64,000 nucleotides of DNA from Thermococcus sp. JdFR-02 (GTDB taxonomy: Archaea > Methanobacteriota_B > Thermococci > Thermococcales > Thermococcaceae): the NCBI GenBank assembly GCA_002009975.1, contig MTLP01000042.1, forward strand, positions 273,917 to 337,916. Direction: 5' to 3'. The notes under the pieces were generated by a model. That model saw nothing but the letters and a program-made list of their open reading frames with translations. It did no database searches and was not told where the DNA came from. How positions within the stretch are numbered: the stretch's first letter is position 1; every line of letters starts with the position of its first letter. This document shows positions 52,012 through 62,920 of this stretch, piece by piece. The translations under genes were made by a program, and so were the position numbers.

Positions 52012-52420
52012 CTAAAATGCTAGCAATCTCCTCTGGATTATTTGTTGTAAATGAAACGCTAACTCCTCTTTTACGATATATGGCAATACAAGCCTTTGCA
52101 GGCAAATTGAAGTGAATAAAACCACTACACCTAAGCCACCCTTCACTTACTTCAAAACTTCTAATATCCTCAATCCTAATCGTTTTTCTCATTATTAAGC
52201 CGAGAACTCCTCTAAGTCTGATCTCCCTTTCATCGATTTCAATCTTTAATGAGCAGGCATCAAGAATCATTAGGAAAGTAACTCCCATTCCAATCACAAA
52301 AATCTCAAACCCCTCTTTTTCGATATAAACAGCATATCCACCTACAGTAGATGCAATCAAGAATGGAGCCAATATTATTATGGCAAATCCCCTATGAAAA
52401 ATCCGCTCTTCATAGAGCAT
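51974..52420 (-). CDS. Membrane protein with bacterial PH-like domain
   Basis: Two TM helices, then LKIEIDEREI..IEDIRS..SFTTNNPEEI. Confidence 0.65.
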   Translation of the reverse strand: MLYEERIFHRGFAIIILAPFLIASTVGGYAVYIEKEGFEIFVIGMGVTFLMILDACSLKIEIDEREIRLRGVLGLIMRKTIRIEDIRSFEVSEGWLRCSGFIHFNLPAKACIAIYRKRGVSVSFTTNNPEEIASILATLGVPRELSIR

Positions 52421-52514
52421 TTTACCACCCGATTATGAAAAAACTTTCATCAATATAAATTTTGCTAGCGCAATTGTTTTAATCTAAGGCTTTCAAATAA
52501 AATTAGGTGATTTT

Positions 52515-52949
52515 ATGGTTAAGAAGATGCCCGTGGATAGGTTAACTGATGATGACATAAAAGAAATTTTAACAAAGTATAAGAGGATTGCAGTCGTGGG
52601 TTTATCTCCAAAACCAGAAAGGGACAGTTATCAGGTTGCTAAATATTTGATGGAACACGGCTATGAGATAATACCCGTTAATCCAAGATATGAAGAAGTT
52701 TTAGGAAAGAAAAGCTATCCCTCGCTTTTAGATGTTCCAGAAGAGATTGACATAGTAGATATTTTCAGGAGACCCGAATTTACAGGGGAAATAGTAGAAC
52801 AAGCTATTAAAAAAGGTGCAAAAGTTGTGTGGTTCCAGTTTAAAACCTACAATAGAGATGCTTTTAAAAAGGCAAAAGAGGCTGGACTAATTGCTGTAGC
52901 ACATCGATGTATAAAGAAAGAGCATGAAAGATTATTTGGAAATGATTAG
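52515..52949 (+). CDS. CoA-binding protein
   Basis: IAVVGLSPKPERDS, PVNP, VDIFR and VWFQ motifs. Confidence 0.92.
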   Translation: MVKKMPVDRLTDDDIKEILTKYKRIAVVGLSPKPERDSYQVAKYLMEHGYEIIPVNPRYEEVLGKKSYPSLLDVPEEIDIVDIFRRPEFTGEIVEQAIKKGAKVVWFQFKTYNRDAFKKAKEAGLIAVAHRCIKKEHERLFGND

Positions 52950-54040
52950 CCCTTAAATCTAAGCACATGAATATCTCTCACAACTTTATGTCTTTTTTCA
53001 AAATCTGTATATCTGTCCAAAATCTCAAAGCCAAGTTTTTCAAGCCATCTCCTATCCTTGCGGTAAATCTTCCCGTCCTTTAATTTGTAAGCCGGAAAAA
53101 CAAAAACGACTCTTGCATTTCTTTTAAGCACTTTTGTAAAGCTCTCAAAGATCTGATAATAAAAGCGGTCAAGTTCATTTGCCATGTTTATTGCTTCCCC
53201 TCTTGTCGGGTTATGCTTCAAAGGTTTTCCCATGTAAGGCTCCGTAACTATTGCATCAAATTTCATCCTAAAACATCTTTTTAATTTTCTTGCATCACAA
53301 ACCATTAAATGTGCCGATTTTCTAACCTTAAACTCTTTCTTGAGCCATTTCATGTTCTCCTTTGCACCTTTAACCGCTTTCTCATTAATGTCACTTCCAT
53401 AAGCGTTTAGTCCCTGAAGGAGAAATTCCTGAACGATTGTCCCAATCCCACAAAAGGGATCTAAAAAGTTGCCATTTCTAATTTCAGTCAGGTTTACCAT
53501 TATCCTTGCTAAACGAGGAGGAATGGAAAAAATGGCTCTTTGCACAGGTCTTCCAACATCGAGCTTTTTAAGCTCAAACGGGTCTGTAATTCTGATAGTT
53601 TCCCCCACATAAAGATTCTCTCCAAAAATGAAAACAAAATCTTTGGTTTCAGGAAATCCCTTTAAAATTAATTCGGAGGGCATTGCATATACTTTAGCAG
53701 GTTTAAAGAACTTTGAAGAGCCTTCACTTTTAAATCTCTTTTTTATTTCACTTCCAAGCTTGCGCCAAACTCTCCAATCATCCTCCCCATAAATGCTTAT
53801 GGTAAAGTACCTTACATATTCCAAATCATTTATACTCTCCTCTCCTTTCCCTACAATTTTGATAAGCTTTAACGAACCACCAAGCTTTGAAAATAAGTGT
53901 TCAATTTTTCTATTACTTTTAAAGATAAGCCACTCCTTAGAAGTTTCAACTATCTTAACTTTTAATCCAAAACGCCTTGTAAAGGCAAAAAACTCAGCTT
54001 CACTCAGCTTGGGATTTTTTCCAAATATTACTGCATACAT
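52946..54040 (-). CDS. Trm11-like SAM-dependent RNA methyltransferase
   Basis: SIPPRLARIMVNL, DPFCGIGT, GSD, DAR and TEPY motifs. Confidence 0.8.
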   Translation of the reverse strand: MYAVIFGKNPKLSEAEFFAFTRRFGLKVKIVETSKEWLIFKSNRKIEHLFSKLGGSLKLIKIVGKGEESINDLEYVRYFTISIYGEDDWRVWRKLGSEIKKRFKSEGSSKFFKPAKVYAMPSELILKGFPETKDFVFIFGENLYVGETIRITDPFELKKLDVGRPVQRAIFSIPPRLARIMVNLTEIRNGNFLDPFCGIGTIVQEFLLQGLNAYGSDINEKAVKGAKENMKWLKKEFKVRKSAHLMVCDARKLKRCFRMKFDAIVTEPYMGKPLKHNPTRGEAINMANELDRFYYQIFESFTKVLKRNARVVFVFPAYKLKDGKIYRKDRRWLEKLGFEILDRYTDFEKRHKVVRDIHVLRFKG

Positions 54041-54099
54041 TTTAATTCACATAATGCCAATGGCATTAACAATTTAAAAATGTTAAAGATAAAACTAAT

Positions 54100-54510
54100 T
54101 TGGTGATGTTCATGTTTGAGATTGAGCTTTTTACGAAGAAAGAGTTTGAGATAATTGATATAACCCCAAAAATCAACGAGATCATTAAAAAGAGCAATAT
54201 AAATGAAGGAATTGTTATAATCTTCACCAAACACACGACAACAGCACTAATTATCAATGAGAATGAATCAAGGCTACTAAAAGATATTGAAGAGCTTTTT
54301 AAAAAGATTATTCCAAAAGGAAAAGGTTACGCTCACGATTCAATAGATAACAATGCCCATTCTCACTTAAGAAGCATTTTAATGAATCCAAGTCTAGTGA
54401 TACCAATTGAGAACGGAAAACTTGCTTTAGGGACATGGCAAAGTGTTCTCTTCATTGAATTAGACGGTCCAAGAAGGAGAAAAATTTTGATTAAACTCTG
54501 TAAATGCTGA
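54100..54510 (+). CDS. YjbQ/UPF0047 family protein
   Basis: HTTTAL.INE, NAHSH and LGTWQ..ELDGPR motifs. Confidence 0.92.
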   Translation: MVMFMFEIELFTKKEFEIIDITPKINEIIKKSNINEGIVIIFTKHTTTALIINENESRLLKDIEELFKKIIPKGKGYAHDSIDNNAHSHLRSILMNPSLVIPIENGKLALGTWQSVLFIELDGPRRRKILIKLCKC

Positions 54511-54516
54511 TTTTTA

Positions 54517-55530
54517 TTATTTCACTCCAACATCAGCGCAAACCTTAAAGACGTGAGGTTTAAAATCTGAAACCTTTTTAATAAACACTTCACAATCTTT
54601 TCCAAGTTTTATGCATTCATTTAATATGCGATTCTTAAACTTTTGAATATCTTTTTCATGAACAAAATCGTAGTAATGAAGCCATCCGCTTTTTATCTTA
54701 CTCAAAGCCAAATTTAGGGCATCAACACCTCTTGGTGTTGGGCTTATAATCCTGTCAAAGTAACCTAACTTTGGAACTACTTCAAAAACATCTCCTTGAA
54801 CAACTTCAATCTTCCCTTTTAGCTTATTCTTGTTAAGTTCTATATTTTCCAAGCCAAGCTTTACAGCTTCATCGTTAAGCTCAACTGCTGTGATCTCAAC
54901 GTTCTTATATTTTGCAATGACTAAAGCGTAAGGCAAAACCCCTGCAAAGAGAAGCAAAATCTTTTCCCCATCTTTTACACGCTGAGCTAGACGATATCTT
55001 TCTCCTTTCATCCTTGGATTAAAGAAAACCCTTTCCAAATCAACCTTTATTTTGACTCCATTTTCCTTATGAACCGTGCTTAATCTTTTCTCTCCCCAAA
55101 TTATTTCATATCTTCTAATTCTAAAAGTCCCCTCATGAAAGCCTCTTTTGGCTATAACCTTTAAAAAAGGATGTAAAGTTAACAAAGCTTCAATTATATC
55201 TTTTTGTCTATGCTCAATTTCAGGAGGTATCTGAATTACAGCAATATCACCAATTATATCATATCGCCTCAAGTATTGAAGTTCTTCTTCAGAAAATTTA
55301 TCCTTTAAAACAGACTCAAGATTTTTAAAAATCTGCCTCTCTGGTCTAAGGGGCAAATTAACATCGATAATCTCAAATCCCAACTTTTTAACTTTCTCCG
55401 GATTAAGAATTGGCAATAAAATGAAATCCTCCCCTCGTTTAGGTCTCCTCTTTCCATCGTAAAGATTAAGCTTCTTTAAAAGCTTTTTGATTTTCTCTGC
55501 ATCACTTTTACTTACTCTTATGGCTGGCAT
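54517..55530 (-). CDS. trm5a: Trm5a/Taw22 tRNA G37-N1 / imG-14-C7 methyltransferase
   Basis: Trm5 fold (DIIGDI, FFNPRMKGER) with PTP replacing NLP; true start MPAIRV. Confidence 0.82.
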   Translation of the reverse strand: MPAIRVSKSDAEKIKKLLKKLNLYDGKRRPKRGEDFILLPILNPEKVKKLGFEIIDVNLPLRPERQIFKNLESVLKDKFSEEELQYLRRYDIIGDIAVIQIPPEIEHRQKDIIEALLTLHPFLKVIAKRGFHEGTFRIRRYEIIWGEKRLSTVHKENGVKIKVDLERVFFNPRMKGERYRLAQRVKDGEKILLLFAGVLPYALVIAKYKNVEITAVELNDEAVKLGLENIELNKNKLKGKIEVVQGDVFEVVPKLGYFDRIISPTPRGVDALNLALSKIKSGWLHYYDFVHEKDIQKFKNRILNECIKLGKDCEVFIKKVSDFKPHVFKVCADVGVK

Positions 55531-56377
55531 GATTGTTAGTCTTATCCCTCTCTTTAAATTCTTTCCTTTCAGGTAAAGCTTCATAAAGAGCAACTTCTTC
55601 AAGAAGCTTATTTGCAGTAATTTCTTCAAATTCTCTAATAAGGAGTTTGTAATATTTTTCTTCCAAAGTACTGGGAGATGCAAAAAGTAAAAGTAAGGAG
55701 TTTTCAATCATGATGTAATCCTTCAGAGAAAACAAGAACTTAGCAACGGTATTAAAATCATTGTAAAGGAGTAAATACTCTATACTGTCAATATAAACTA
55801 GCACACCCCCACCTTTCTCTTTAATAAATCTCACTATCTCCTCCAACATTACATGGAGCTTTGTTGGCTGTACACCCTTTCTTTCAACCCTGGTCAGCCA
55901 CAAAAATCTATCTGGTTTAACCCTATACTCCTTTTCCCATTCACTTTGCTGTTTTCTGCTTATCACAAAAACACCCTTTAGTTTTGGTGCAAGAAGTTGT
56001 AAAATCTTAATTGAATCCTCTTTATTATTAACGATAAAAGCATTTGCGGGAATTCCTTCCATCTTCCCCATAGGTTTATACGAAATTGATGATAAGCTTC
56101 TTAGATAGCGAAGAACCGCAGTCATAAGGATAACATAGGAAATTATATATAGCACTGCCATAACAAACCACAACTTCTCCTCGGATATCGAGTCAATAAT
56201 AACGCCAATAGAGCCACCAACAGTTAAAACGAATCCTATCATGACTCTAAACGCCAATTTCCTTGCAAATCCTTCAAAGAGTGATGAATAAAATACATAA
56301 GCCCTATACAGTCCATACAAAGATGCTAAGAGTATAATACTCCCCATAATCAAGCCTGGGAAGTTATAAACATCCAT
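55508..56377 (-). CDS. Membrane-anchored DUF835 protein
   Basis: Three TM helices, then WLT..PTKL..IDSIEYLLLYNDF..KFL..LKD. Confidence 0.85.
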   Translation of the reverse strand: MDVYNFPGLIMGSIILLASLYGLYRAYVFYSSLFEGFARKLAFRVMIGFVLTVGGSIGVIIDSISEEKLWFVMAVLYIISYVILMTAVLRYLRSLSSISYKPMGKMEGIPANAFIVNNKEDSIKILQLLAPKLKGVFVISRKQQSEWEKEYRVKPDRFLWLTRVERKGVQPTKLHVMLEEIVRFIKEKGGGVLVYIDSIEYLLLYNDFNTVAKFLFSLKDYIMIENSLLLLFASPSTLEEKYYKLLIREFEEITANKLLEEVALYEALPERKEFKERDKTNNHASHKSK

Positions 56378-56421
56378 ACTTCCACCAAACTAAAAGTATG
56401 TCAAAATATATAAATAATTAT

Positions 56422-57345
56422 CTACCTCCAATAAGGCATTCTCATTGAAATAGCACGCTTAAAGAGATTAACCACATCTTCCTCACTTGCACCGTTCCTG
56501 AGAGGTGTTAAAATATCAACAAGATCATTTTTTCTGAGAAGACAGGTTTTTAGATGTCCATCTGCTGTTAGTCTAATCCTTGTACAGTTTGCACAGAAAA
56601 TTGTATTATGCATAGACCTAACAACCTCAACCTCAGCTGTTCCGTACTCGGTAGGTATAAAATATTTCTTTCTTCTATGTAGCTTTCTTTCCTTTATCGC
56701 TACAGCTTTTTTCTCAAATTCACTTTCAAGAGGCTTTAACGGATAGAAATACTTTTTAAAAAACCAAGAGTCTTCCAATTCTCTTGGTACTTCAATCTCA
56801 ATAAGCTGAAGAACTGCACCAATCTTGGCTGCATATTCAATCATATCCCATATTTCATTATCGTTTAAACCCTTCATAACGACCATATTGAGCTTTACTG
56901 GTTCAAAAAGTTCCACAGACTTTTTAATACCTCTCAAAACCCAAGGCAAAACATCATATCCTGCTATCTCTTTATATTTTTTCCTATCAAGGGTATCGAG
57001 ACTAACATTAACCCTATCAAGTCCAGCTTCCTTTAAAGGTTCAGCCAGACGATACATAACAGTTCCATTTGTTGTTAGGGATAAATCCTCTACATAAGGT
57101 CTTATTCTTTTCACGATTTCAACTATATCATCTCTTATTGTAGGTTCCCCTCCGGTCAGCTTTACTTTTTTAATTCCAAGAAGAGACGCTATCTTTACTA
57201 TCCTCTCAATTTCCTCTGGAGTCATCTCCACTTCTCCTTCCTTTTGACCTTCTCGATGACAGTAAAAGCAGTTTAAATTACATCTTTTAGTGACAGAAAT
57301 TCGAAGATTTGTCACTGGTCTGCCAAATCTATCCACTAAAACCAT
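56422..57345 (-). CDS. moaA: GTP 3',8-cyclase
   Basis: [25 protein letters not shown] and [16 protein letters not shown]. Confidence 0.95.
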   Translation of the reverse strand: MVLVDRFGRPVTNLRISVTKRCNLNCFYCHREGQKEGEVEMTPEEIERIVKIASLLGIKKVKLTGGEPTIRDDIVEIVKRIRPYVEDLSLTTNGTVMYRLAEPLKEAGLDRVNVSLDTLDRKKYKEIAGYDVLPWVLRGIKKSVELFEPVKLNMVVMKGLNDNEIWDMIEYAAKIGAVLQLIEIEVPRELEDSWFFKKYFYPLKPLESEFEKKAVAIKERKLHRRKKYFIPTEYGTAEVEVVRSMHNTIFCANCTRIRLTADGHLKTCLLRKNDLVDILTPLRNGASEEDVVNLFKRAISMRMPYWR

Positions 57346-57500
57346 TTATTCCACCTAAGAGTATGTTAACTTAAATAAATTAAAAAAAGCTTTTGGGTAA
57401 ACATGTTTATTAACTTTAATTACCTCACTGAACCTTAAATGATGAAAAGCGAAAAGTAAAAGTATGACGTTGTTCATGAAATTCAATTGGGGGATGAAGA

Positions 57501-58259
57501 GTGAGTGTAGAAGAACTTAAGGAAATCATTTCAAGAGCTGAAGAATTGCACTCAAAGTTCGAAAAGCTTTTTGTAAGGCTTTACGACCCTTCAATCACTA
57601 ACAATTTGGAACTTCTTAGAGAGGAAGTTTCCAAAGTATATGCTCTTTCTGAGGAGAAATTTAGCGTAGCCTCTCAAATGTATAAGAAAGCACTAATTCT
57701 TGGCGGTGAGCTTGAGAACTTAGCCAGAGAGATTCAAAAGGATGAACATCAAATGAAATTTAGAATTGAAGAGATCTTAACTATTCTAAATCAGGGGATA
57801 GAAAGTTTTAGTAGCAAGACAAGAATAAAACTATCTTTACAGAGACTCCTTCAATTTTATAGGGTTTATGATTACTCTTTAAATCAATCCTTACAAAGAC
57901 TTAGTGCCGAAGTTGAGGGGTTAGTGTTTATAAGCGAAAAAGAAAAAAAGCCACCGGCAGTTATAGTTGAGCATGTAAAAAAGATAGATGAACTCGAAGA
58001 AAATTTCAATAAATTAAGATTGTTGACCTCTCACCTCTATATCCATCCCTCATGGGTGTATAAAGTCGAAGATGCCTTAAGAGAATGGCATACAAAGGGA
58101 TTGCTTTGGGTTGAAGTGAGAAATATTGAACAGCTAACGAAAATTCCAAGAGCTCAAATTAGTGAAATCCTCGAAGGATTATCTCTCATTGGAGTTGTGG
58201 ATAAACGGAAAAGAGGTGGTGAAATTGTCTACAAACTCAGAGGTTTCGGTGAGGGTTAG
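57501..58259 (+). CDS. Hypothetical coiled-coil protein with C-terminal wHTH
   Basis: Helical N-terminal region; [29 protein letters not shown]. Confidence 0.7.
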   Translation: MSVEELKEIISRAEELHSKFEKLFVRLYDPSITNNLELLREEVSKVYALSEEKFSVASQMYKKALILGGELENLAREIQKDEHQMKFRIEEILTILNQGIESFSSKTRIKLSLQRLLQFYRVYDYSLNQSLQRLSAEVEGLVFISEKEKKPPAVIVEHVKKIDELEENFNKLRLLTSHLYIHPSWVYKVEDALREWHTKGLLWVEVRNIEQLTKIPRAQISEILEGLSLIGVVDKRKRGGEIVYKLRGFGEG

Positions 58260-59640
58260 GGGAATATATAGCACAGCACTTACAAAGTTTCTAATGGACA
58301 AAGGATTCAAAATCTCCCAGCCAAGCAAAAAAATTGCTGAGAGGTTGGGATTAGAGAAGAGCTACGACGAATTTGATGTAGACATCTACGACAAAAGAGA
58401 TTCCCAAGGAGTGGTAATGGTAGGAACAAAGGTTGAAGAGATAAAATCCGCATTAGAAGATGAATTTATAGACGTTTTCTTTAGAAAAATGCCCTATCAG
58501 CTTTACGGCATCTATAAGGGAATGGTTGTCAAAAGAGATGAGCAGTATGTATATGTTGATATTGGAAACGCCATTGGAACCGTTTTAATTGAAGAACTTC
58601 CCGATGCTATTGAGGGAGATGAAGTTTTAGTTCAAGTAAAAAAGCACAACATCCTGCCCCATCTAAGTATACTCTTAACAATTCCAGGGGATTACGCAGT
58701 TTTGATACCTAAGCCAATAGGAACAGAAAGGCATGTAAAGATTTCAAGGAAAATCAAGGATCAGGAGGAAAGAGAAAGGCTTAGAATCTTGGGCTTAAGT
58801 GTTAATCTTGGAGATTGGGGTGTTCTATGGAGAACAGCAGCGGCTTATAAGGATTGGAATATTTTAAGAGATGAGTTGATTAATCTTTCAAAATTAGCCG
58901 ATAAATTGAAAGAAGCCGACAAGTATTCAGCTCCAGCAAAGATCATAGAAGGAAGGAACATCTATGAGGTTGAATTTGGTGGTGGGGCAAAGAAAAAGCT
59001 TGATAACATTAGAAATGATGTTGTTCCTACCATAGAGGGTCATCATCAGTTTAAATCATACGACCCGGAGATAGCATTTGCTGTTGAAATAGCCGAAGGA
59101 ATATTATCAAAGATTCCCTCTCAAAGGAACAAGATTAAAGAGGGATTTTTAGATGCCTTAGTAAGCAATAAAGGTCCAAAAGTAGGATGGCTCTTCAGTC
59201 TGGAACACATCAAACCAGATGGACATAAAGTTAGAATAGGTCCAGGAGAAGTTTTGGAATTGTCATTAAATCCCCTACGTATAGTTATAAAGAGGAATCT
59301 AAGACCAGGAAAGTTCTATGATGGACTTGAAATACCAATAGAATTTGGAGACTATGCAATAACTGAAATAGAGGAAGGAAAATGGTGGTTTAAGCACAGC
59401 TATTATGATAAAGATGGAAACTTAAAGGGTGAGTACTACAATATAAACACTCCCATTGAGATTTATCCAGACAAAGCAAGATACATTGACTTGGAGATTG
59501 ACATAGTCAAGTGGGCAGATGGAAAGAAGGAGATAATAGACAAAGAAGAGCTAAAAAGACATTACGAAGAAGGAATTGTCAGTGAGAGACTGTATAAGGC
59601 AACTCTCAGGATAACCCAAGAAGTATTTGAGAAGATCTAA
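58225..59640 (+). CDS. fau-1: RNA-binding ribonuclease FAU-1 (RNase E/G-like plus DUF402)
   Basis: [16 protein letters not shown] and [17 protein letters not shown]; TTG start after GGTGGTG. Confidence 0.92.
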   Translation: MSTNSEVSVRVRGIYSTALTKFLMDKGFKISQPSKKIAERLGLEKSYDEFDVDIYDKRDSQGVVMVGTKVEEIKSALEDEFIDVFFRKMPYQLYGIYKGMVVKRDEQYVYVDIGNAIGTVLIEELPDAIEGDEVLVQVKKHNILPHLSILLTIPGDYAVLIPKPIGTERHVKISRKIKDQEERERLRILGLSVNLGDWGVLWRTAAAYKDWNILRDELINLSKLADKLKEADKYSAPAKIIEGRNIYEVEFGGGAKKKLDNIRNDVVPTIEGHHQFKSYDPEIAFAVEIAEGILSKIPSQRNKIKEGFLDALVSNKGPKVGWLFSLEHIKPDGHKVRIGPGEVLELSLNPLRIVIKRNLRPGKFYDGLEIPIEFGDYAITEIEEGKWWFKHSYYDKDGNLKGEYYNINTPIEIYPDKARYIDLEIDIVKWADGKKEIIDKEELKRHYEEGIVSERLYKATLRITQEVFEKI

Positions 59641-59686
59641 GTTGAGAGCTTCTCTCTTTAGTTTTTCTAATTTTGTTAAGAGTTTC

Positions 59687-60177
59687 TTAAGATGTTGCTA
59701 CTTCGATAGCATCAAATACTATAACATGATCGGCAGAATTTGGATTTTTATCCTCGGCTACGGTAAGTATAAGAGTATGCTGGGTGTTTGGTAAGCCTTC
59801 AGCTATCTTTGTTTTTACCCCCACCTTAGTTTCTGCTGAATACATATCTATCACAGGATATGACTTTCCGTCGATCTCAACCTTAGCTACTCCACAATGA
59901 GGGCATGTTACATGTATCAGTGAAACCGCGGTTCCATTAAACTTAACAATTATCTTAGCTCCAATTGCAGGTGGTTGCCTTCTTGGGGACAAGCTATCCA
60001 CGATCCTCCACTTGCTCCAGGATTTTGTTGAATCTCACACTCTTTGGACCATGTGACACCAGGATCTGTATCCTCAATAATTATAGTTTCAGGCTTTTTC
60101 TCTTCTGCACATCCACTAAGAACGACAAACAATAGGAGTATAGAGATCAAAAAGAGTTTTTCTTTCCAACCCCACAT
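59687..60177 (-). pseudogene. Frameshifted lipoprotein with beta-sandwich (carbohydrate-binding-like) domain
   Basis: Two overlapping ORFs in different frames: lipobox LSGC with IIEDTD..W..GGS, and FNGT..G.AKVEIDG..IDMY..HTL..FDAI. Confidence 0.7.
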
Positions 60178-60287
60178 TTTTACCACTTCAGTATCTGTTT
60201 TGTCAATTAATTACTTAAATTTTTCTTTACAAAAGTCACAAAATTTCAAGTAAACATCTAAGAAAACTAAGTGTTTTGTTTCTATTA

Positions 60288-60968
60288 TTAAACATCTTCA
60301 ATGCCTTTATCTGTAATTTTAAAATATACCATTCCACCTTCTGGTTTGTAACGATGTCTCTCTAGAACAGCTATCCTAACTCCTGGTCTTTCAAGCCTTT
60401 CGAGTCTCAAAATGTCTTTACATTTATATCCCAAAGTCTGCTCTGCAATTGGTCTTAAGACATTCGCTGTGGAATCGTGGAAGACTTGATTAATTACAAT
60501 GACAGCGATCTTGTATTTTCTAGCCAACCATAAAAGCACCTGTAATTGCTTGCTTAACTCAGTACTACCAGCTTGCTTATTTGATTCAACCCTATAATGA
60601 GCTGTTATTGAATCAACAACGACAAGCGAAAATCTTTGATCGACGATTTTTTTAAGTCGTGCTATAATCTTTCCTTGCTCTCTAAAATTTTCAGGCTCAA
60701 AAAGTAAGAATTTTTGAAGAACTTCTTCTGGATTTAATCCCCTACTACTTGCCATTACCTTGAGCCTTTCTGGTGAAAATCCAGCTTCAGTGTCAATATA
60801 CGCTACCTTCCCCTTATTTAGCAAGCCAATTTGCATCGCTAAGGTGGTCTTTCCACTTGCAAATGGACCGTAGATTTGAGTTAAGACTCCTTTTTCGACC
60901 CCTCCGCCCAAAAGCTCATCTATGCCCTTACTGCCAGTCGAGAGTAGGGCATTTTTTGACGTTGACAT
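60288..60968 (-). CDS. radB: DNA repair and recombination protein RadB
   Basis: STG..IDELLGGG, GPFASGKT, IDTE.GFSPER, VVDS and ERHR motifs. Confidence 0.95.
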   Translation of the reverse strand: MSTSKNALLSTGSKGIDELLGGGVEKGVLTQIYGPFASGKTTLAMQIGLLNKGKVAYIDTEAGFSPERLKVMASSRGLNPEEVLQKFLLFEPENFREQGKIIARLKKIVDQRFSLVVVDSITAHYRVESNKQAGSTELSKQLQVLLWLARKYKIAVIVINQVFHDSTANVLRPIAEQTLGYKCKDILRLERLERPGVRIAVLERHRYKPEGGMVYFKITDKGIEDV

Positions 60969-60998
60969 AAATTTGCCCCCGATAACAATACAGCAAAA

Positions 60999-61637
60999 CT
61001 AAACTTCAAACACTTCTCCAACATTTAGGGTTTTAATTATAACCCATACCCTTCTTTTTCTTAATTCTTCAATGAATTTATCAACACTTGATTCTGAATA
61101 AACTCCATAATGCATTGGAACAACTATTTTAGGTTTTATAACCTCCACTATATCAGCTGCCTCTCTTTCGCTTGCAGTGGACTTTCCACTTATTGGCACG
61201 AGAAGTACATCAATGTTATAACTTCTGAATTTCTTGAACATAGGCGTGAAGTAGGTGTCCCCTGTATGATAAAGAATTTTGTCCCCAAAAATCATGAATC
61301 CAAGTGGATACTGGCTTGATGGATGCTCAGCGTAGATAGCTTTAATTCGAACCCCATTTTCAACTTCAATTTCTTCATCTTCCTCTATTTGCTGAACGTT
61401 GGTTATCCCATCGCTCAATGCCATTAAATAAACTGTTTTTGGACCTATTACTTTAGCTCCTCTCAAACGAGCTAAAAGAGGTGTCTTTCCATAGTGATCA
61501 CTGTGTTCATGAGTTACAAGGATATAATCTATCTGTCCTATTAAATCATCCTCAACATCGGGGTAGGGGTCGATTAAGATCTTCACGCCCTTTGTTTCAA
61601 TAACGAAACATGCATGACCGTACCATACAATCCTCAT
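60999..61637 (-). CDS. Metallo-beta-lactamase fold hydrolase (UPF0173-like)
   Basis: GHAC, THEHSDH, HTGDT and PMHY motifs. Confidence 0.88.
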   Translation of the reverse strand: MRIVWYGHACFVIETKGVKILIDPYPDVEDDLIGQIDYILVTHEHSDHYGKTPLLARLRGAKVIGPKTVYLMALSDGITNVQQIEEDEEIEVENGVRIKAIYAEHPSSQYPLGFMIFGDKILYHTGDTYFTPMFKKFRSYNIDVLLVPISGKSTASEREAADIVEVIKPKIVVPMHYGVYSESSVDKFIEELRKRRVWVIIKTLNVGEVFEV

Positions 61638-61817
61638 TGGCTATGCCTCCAAAATTCCCGCTAATAGTGAATTTCGTTCCCATCAAACTTAAATCTTTCC
61701 ATTTAAACAAAGGTTTTTTAGCTCTCACAATAGCATTTACCCTCTCTTAATTAGCATAACAGCTCAACAAATAGTTGAATTTATAAAGAAATCTTTTCTA
61801 TTACGTAATGTGAGATT

Positions 61818-62171
61818 ATGAGGGGACTTATAGTAAAAGAACCATACGCTTCATGGATAGTTGAAGGAAAAAAGGTTTGGGAAATTAGAAAAAGTAACAC
61901 AAAGATTAGGGGAGAAATAATAGTAATAAGCAATAAGCAAGCACTTGGAAAAGTTGAAATTGTAGATGTTTTAGGACCATTTACCCCAGAAGAGTTAGCT
62001 AAACATGAAGATAAGCACTTAGCGAATTATGAATTCCTTAAAAAGTATTCAAAAGGTAAAAAGCTCTATGCGTGGGTTCTTAAGAATCCAACAAAGTTTA
62101 AGAAGCCAAAAAAGGTTATAATGTCAAATGGCGCTCAAATATGGGTAAATATTCGGGGGTTTAGAGAATGA
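61818..62171 (+). CDS. ASCH domain protein
   Basis: VKEPYASWIVEGKKVWEIR..RG..YAWVL. Confidence 0.9.
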   Translation: MRGLIVKEPYASWIVEGKKVWEIRKSNTKIRGEIIVISNKQALGKVEIVDVLGPFTPEELAKHEDKHLANYEFLKKYSKGKKLYAWVLKNPTKFKKPKKVIMSNGAQIWVNIRGFRE

Positions 62172-62866
62172 GAAAATTTTTATTCCTGCCTTTAAGCCTT
62201 CCCTTCTTAGTTCTGTTTTTAATATTGATTCCCCTACTTTTCATACTCTTTGCCAGCACTATAACTTTAGCATTTCAAAAGCTTGGCTTGCCTTTACCAG
62301 TAGCATATACACTCTTTTGGGCATCTCTAATTGGGAGCTTCATCAATATCCCAGTAACTGAGACAAAGACATATGGACCTATAGTTAAAGTCAGGGAAGT
62401 CAGCTTTTTTGGAATCAGGTATCCAGTTCCATATGTAGATTGGGGAGAGCAGAAGACGGTTATAGCAATTAATGTTGGAGGAGCTTTGGTCCCTTTAAGC
62501 ATTACAACCTATGAATTTTTAAGATTGGTAACGCTAAAACAGAATGAGTTGCTCATAAAACTCCTCATAGCTATTCTCATTGCTAGCATAATTAGTCATG
62601 CCTTTTCAAGACCAATAAAAGGTATGGGAATTGCGATTCCAACATTTCTCCCACCACTAATAGCAGCATCCTTAGCGTTCTTGATTGGAGGAGCAAATAA
62701 ACCGTTAATAGCTTATGTTAGTGGAACAATGGGCGTCCTAATAGGAGCGGATCTGCTTAATTGGGACAAAATAAAGGACCTTGGAGCATCTATGGTGAGC
62801 ATTGGAGGAGCAGGAACTTTTGACGGTATATTTTTAGCAGGGATTATAGCAGTGCTCTTGGTTTAG
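62168..62866 (+). CDS. DUF1614 membrane protein
   Basis: GSFINIP, AINVGGA, GADLLN and SIGGAGTFDGIF motifs. Confidence 0.9.
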   Translation: MRKFLFLPLSLPFLVLFLILIPLLFILFASTITLAFQKLGLPLPVAYTLFWASLIGSFINIPVTETKTYGPIVKVREVSFFGIRYPVPYVDWGEQKTVIAINVGGALVPLSITTYEFLRLVTLKQNELLIKLLIAILIASIISHAFSRPIKGMGIAIPTFLPPLIAASLAFLIGGANKPLIAYVSGTMGVLIGADLLNWDKIKDLGASMVSIGGAGTFDGIFLAGIIAVLLV

Positions 62867-62920
62867 AGTAGAGCAAAAGGATATAAAAGGATTCCAATTC
62901 TATTTATCACGGTGGTGTTA

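Noticed and set aside
57425-57470. CTGA...ATGATGA resembling C/D boxes
   Set aside because: No complete C-D'-C'-D arrangement or terminal stem
62904-62920. TATCAC-n4-GTGTTA resembling the Thermococcales glycolytic motif
   Set aside because: Spacer is 4 rather than 5, has a mismatch and coincides with the prs RBS
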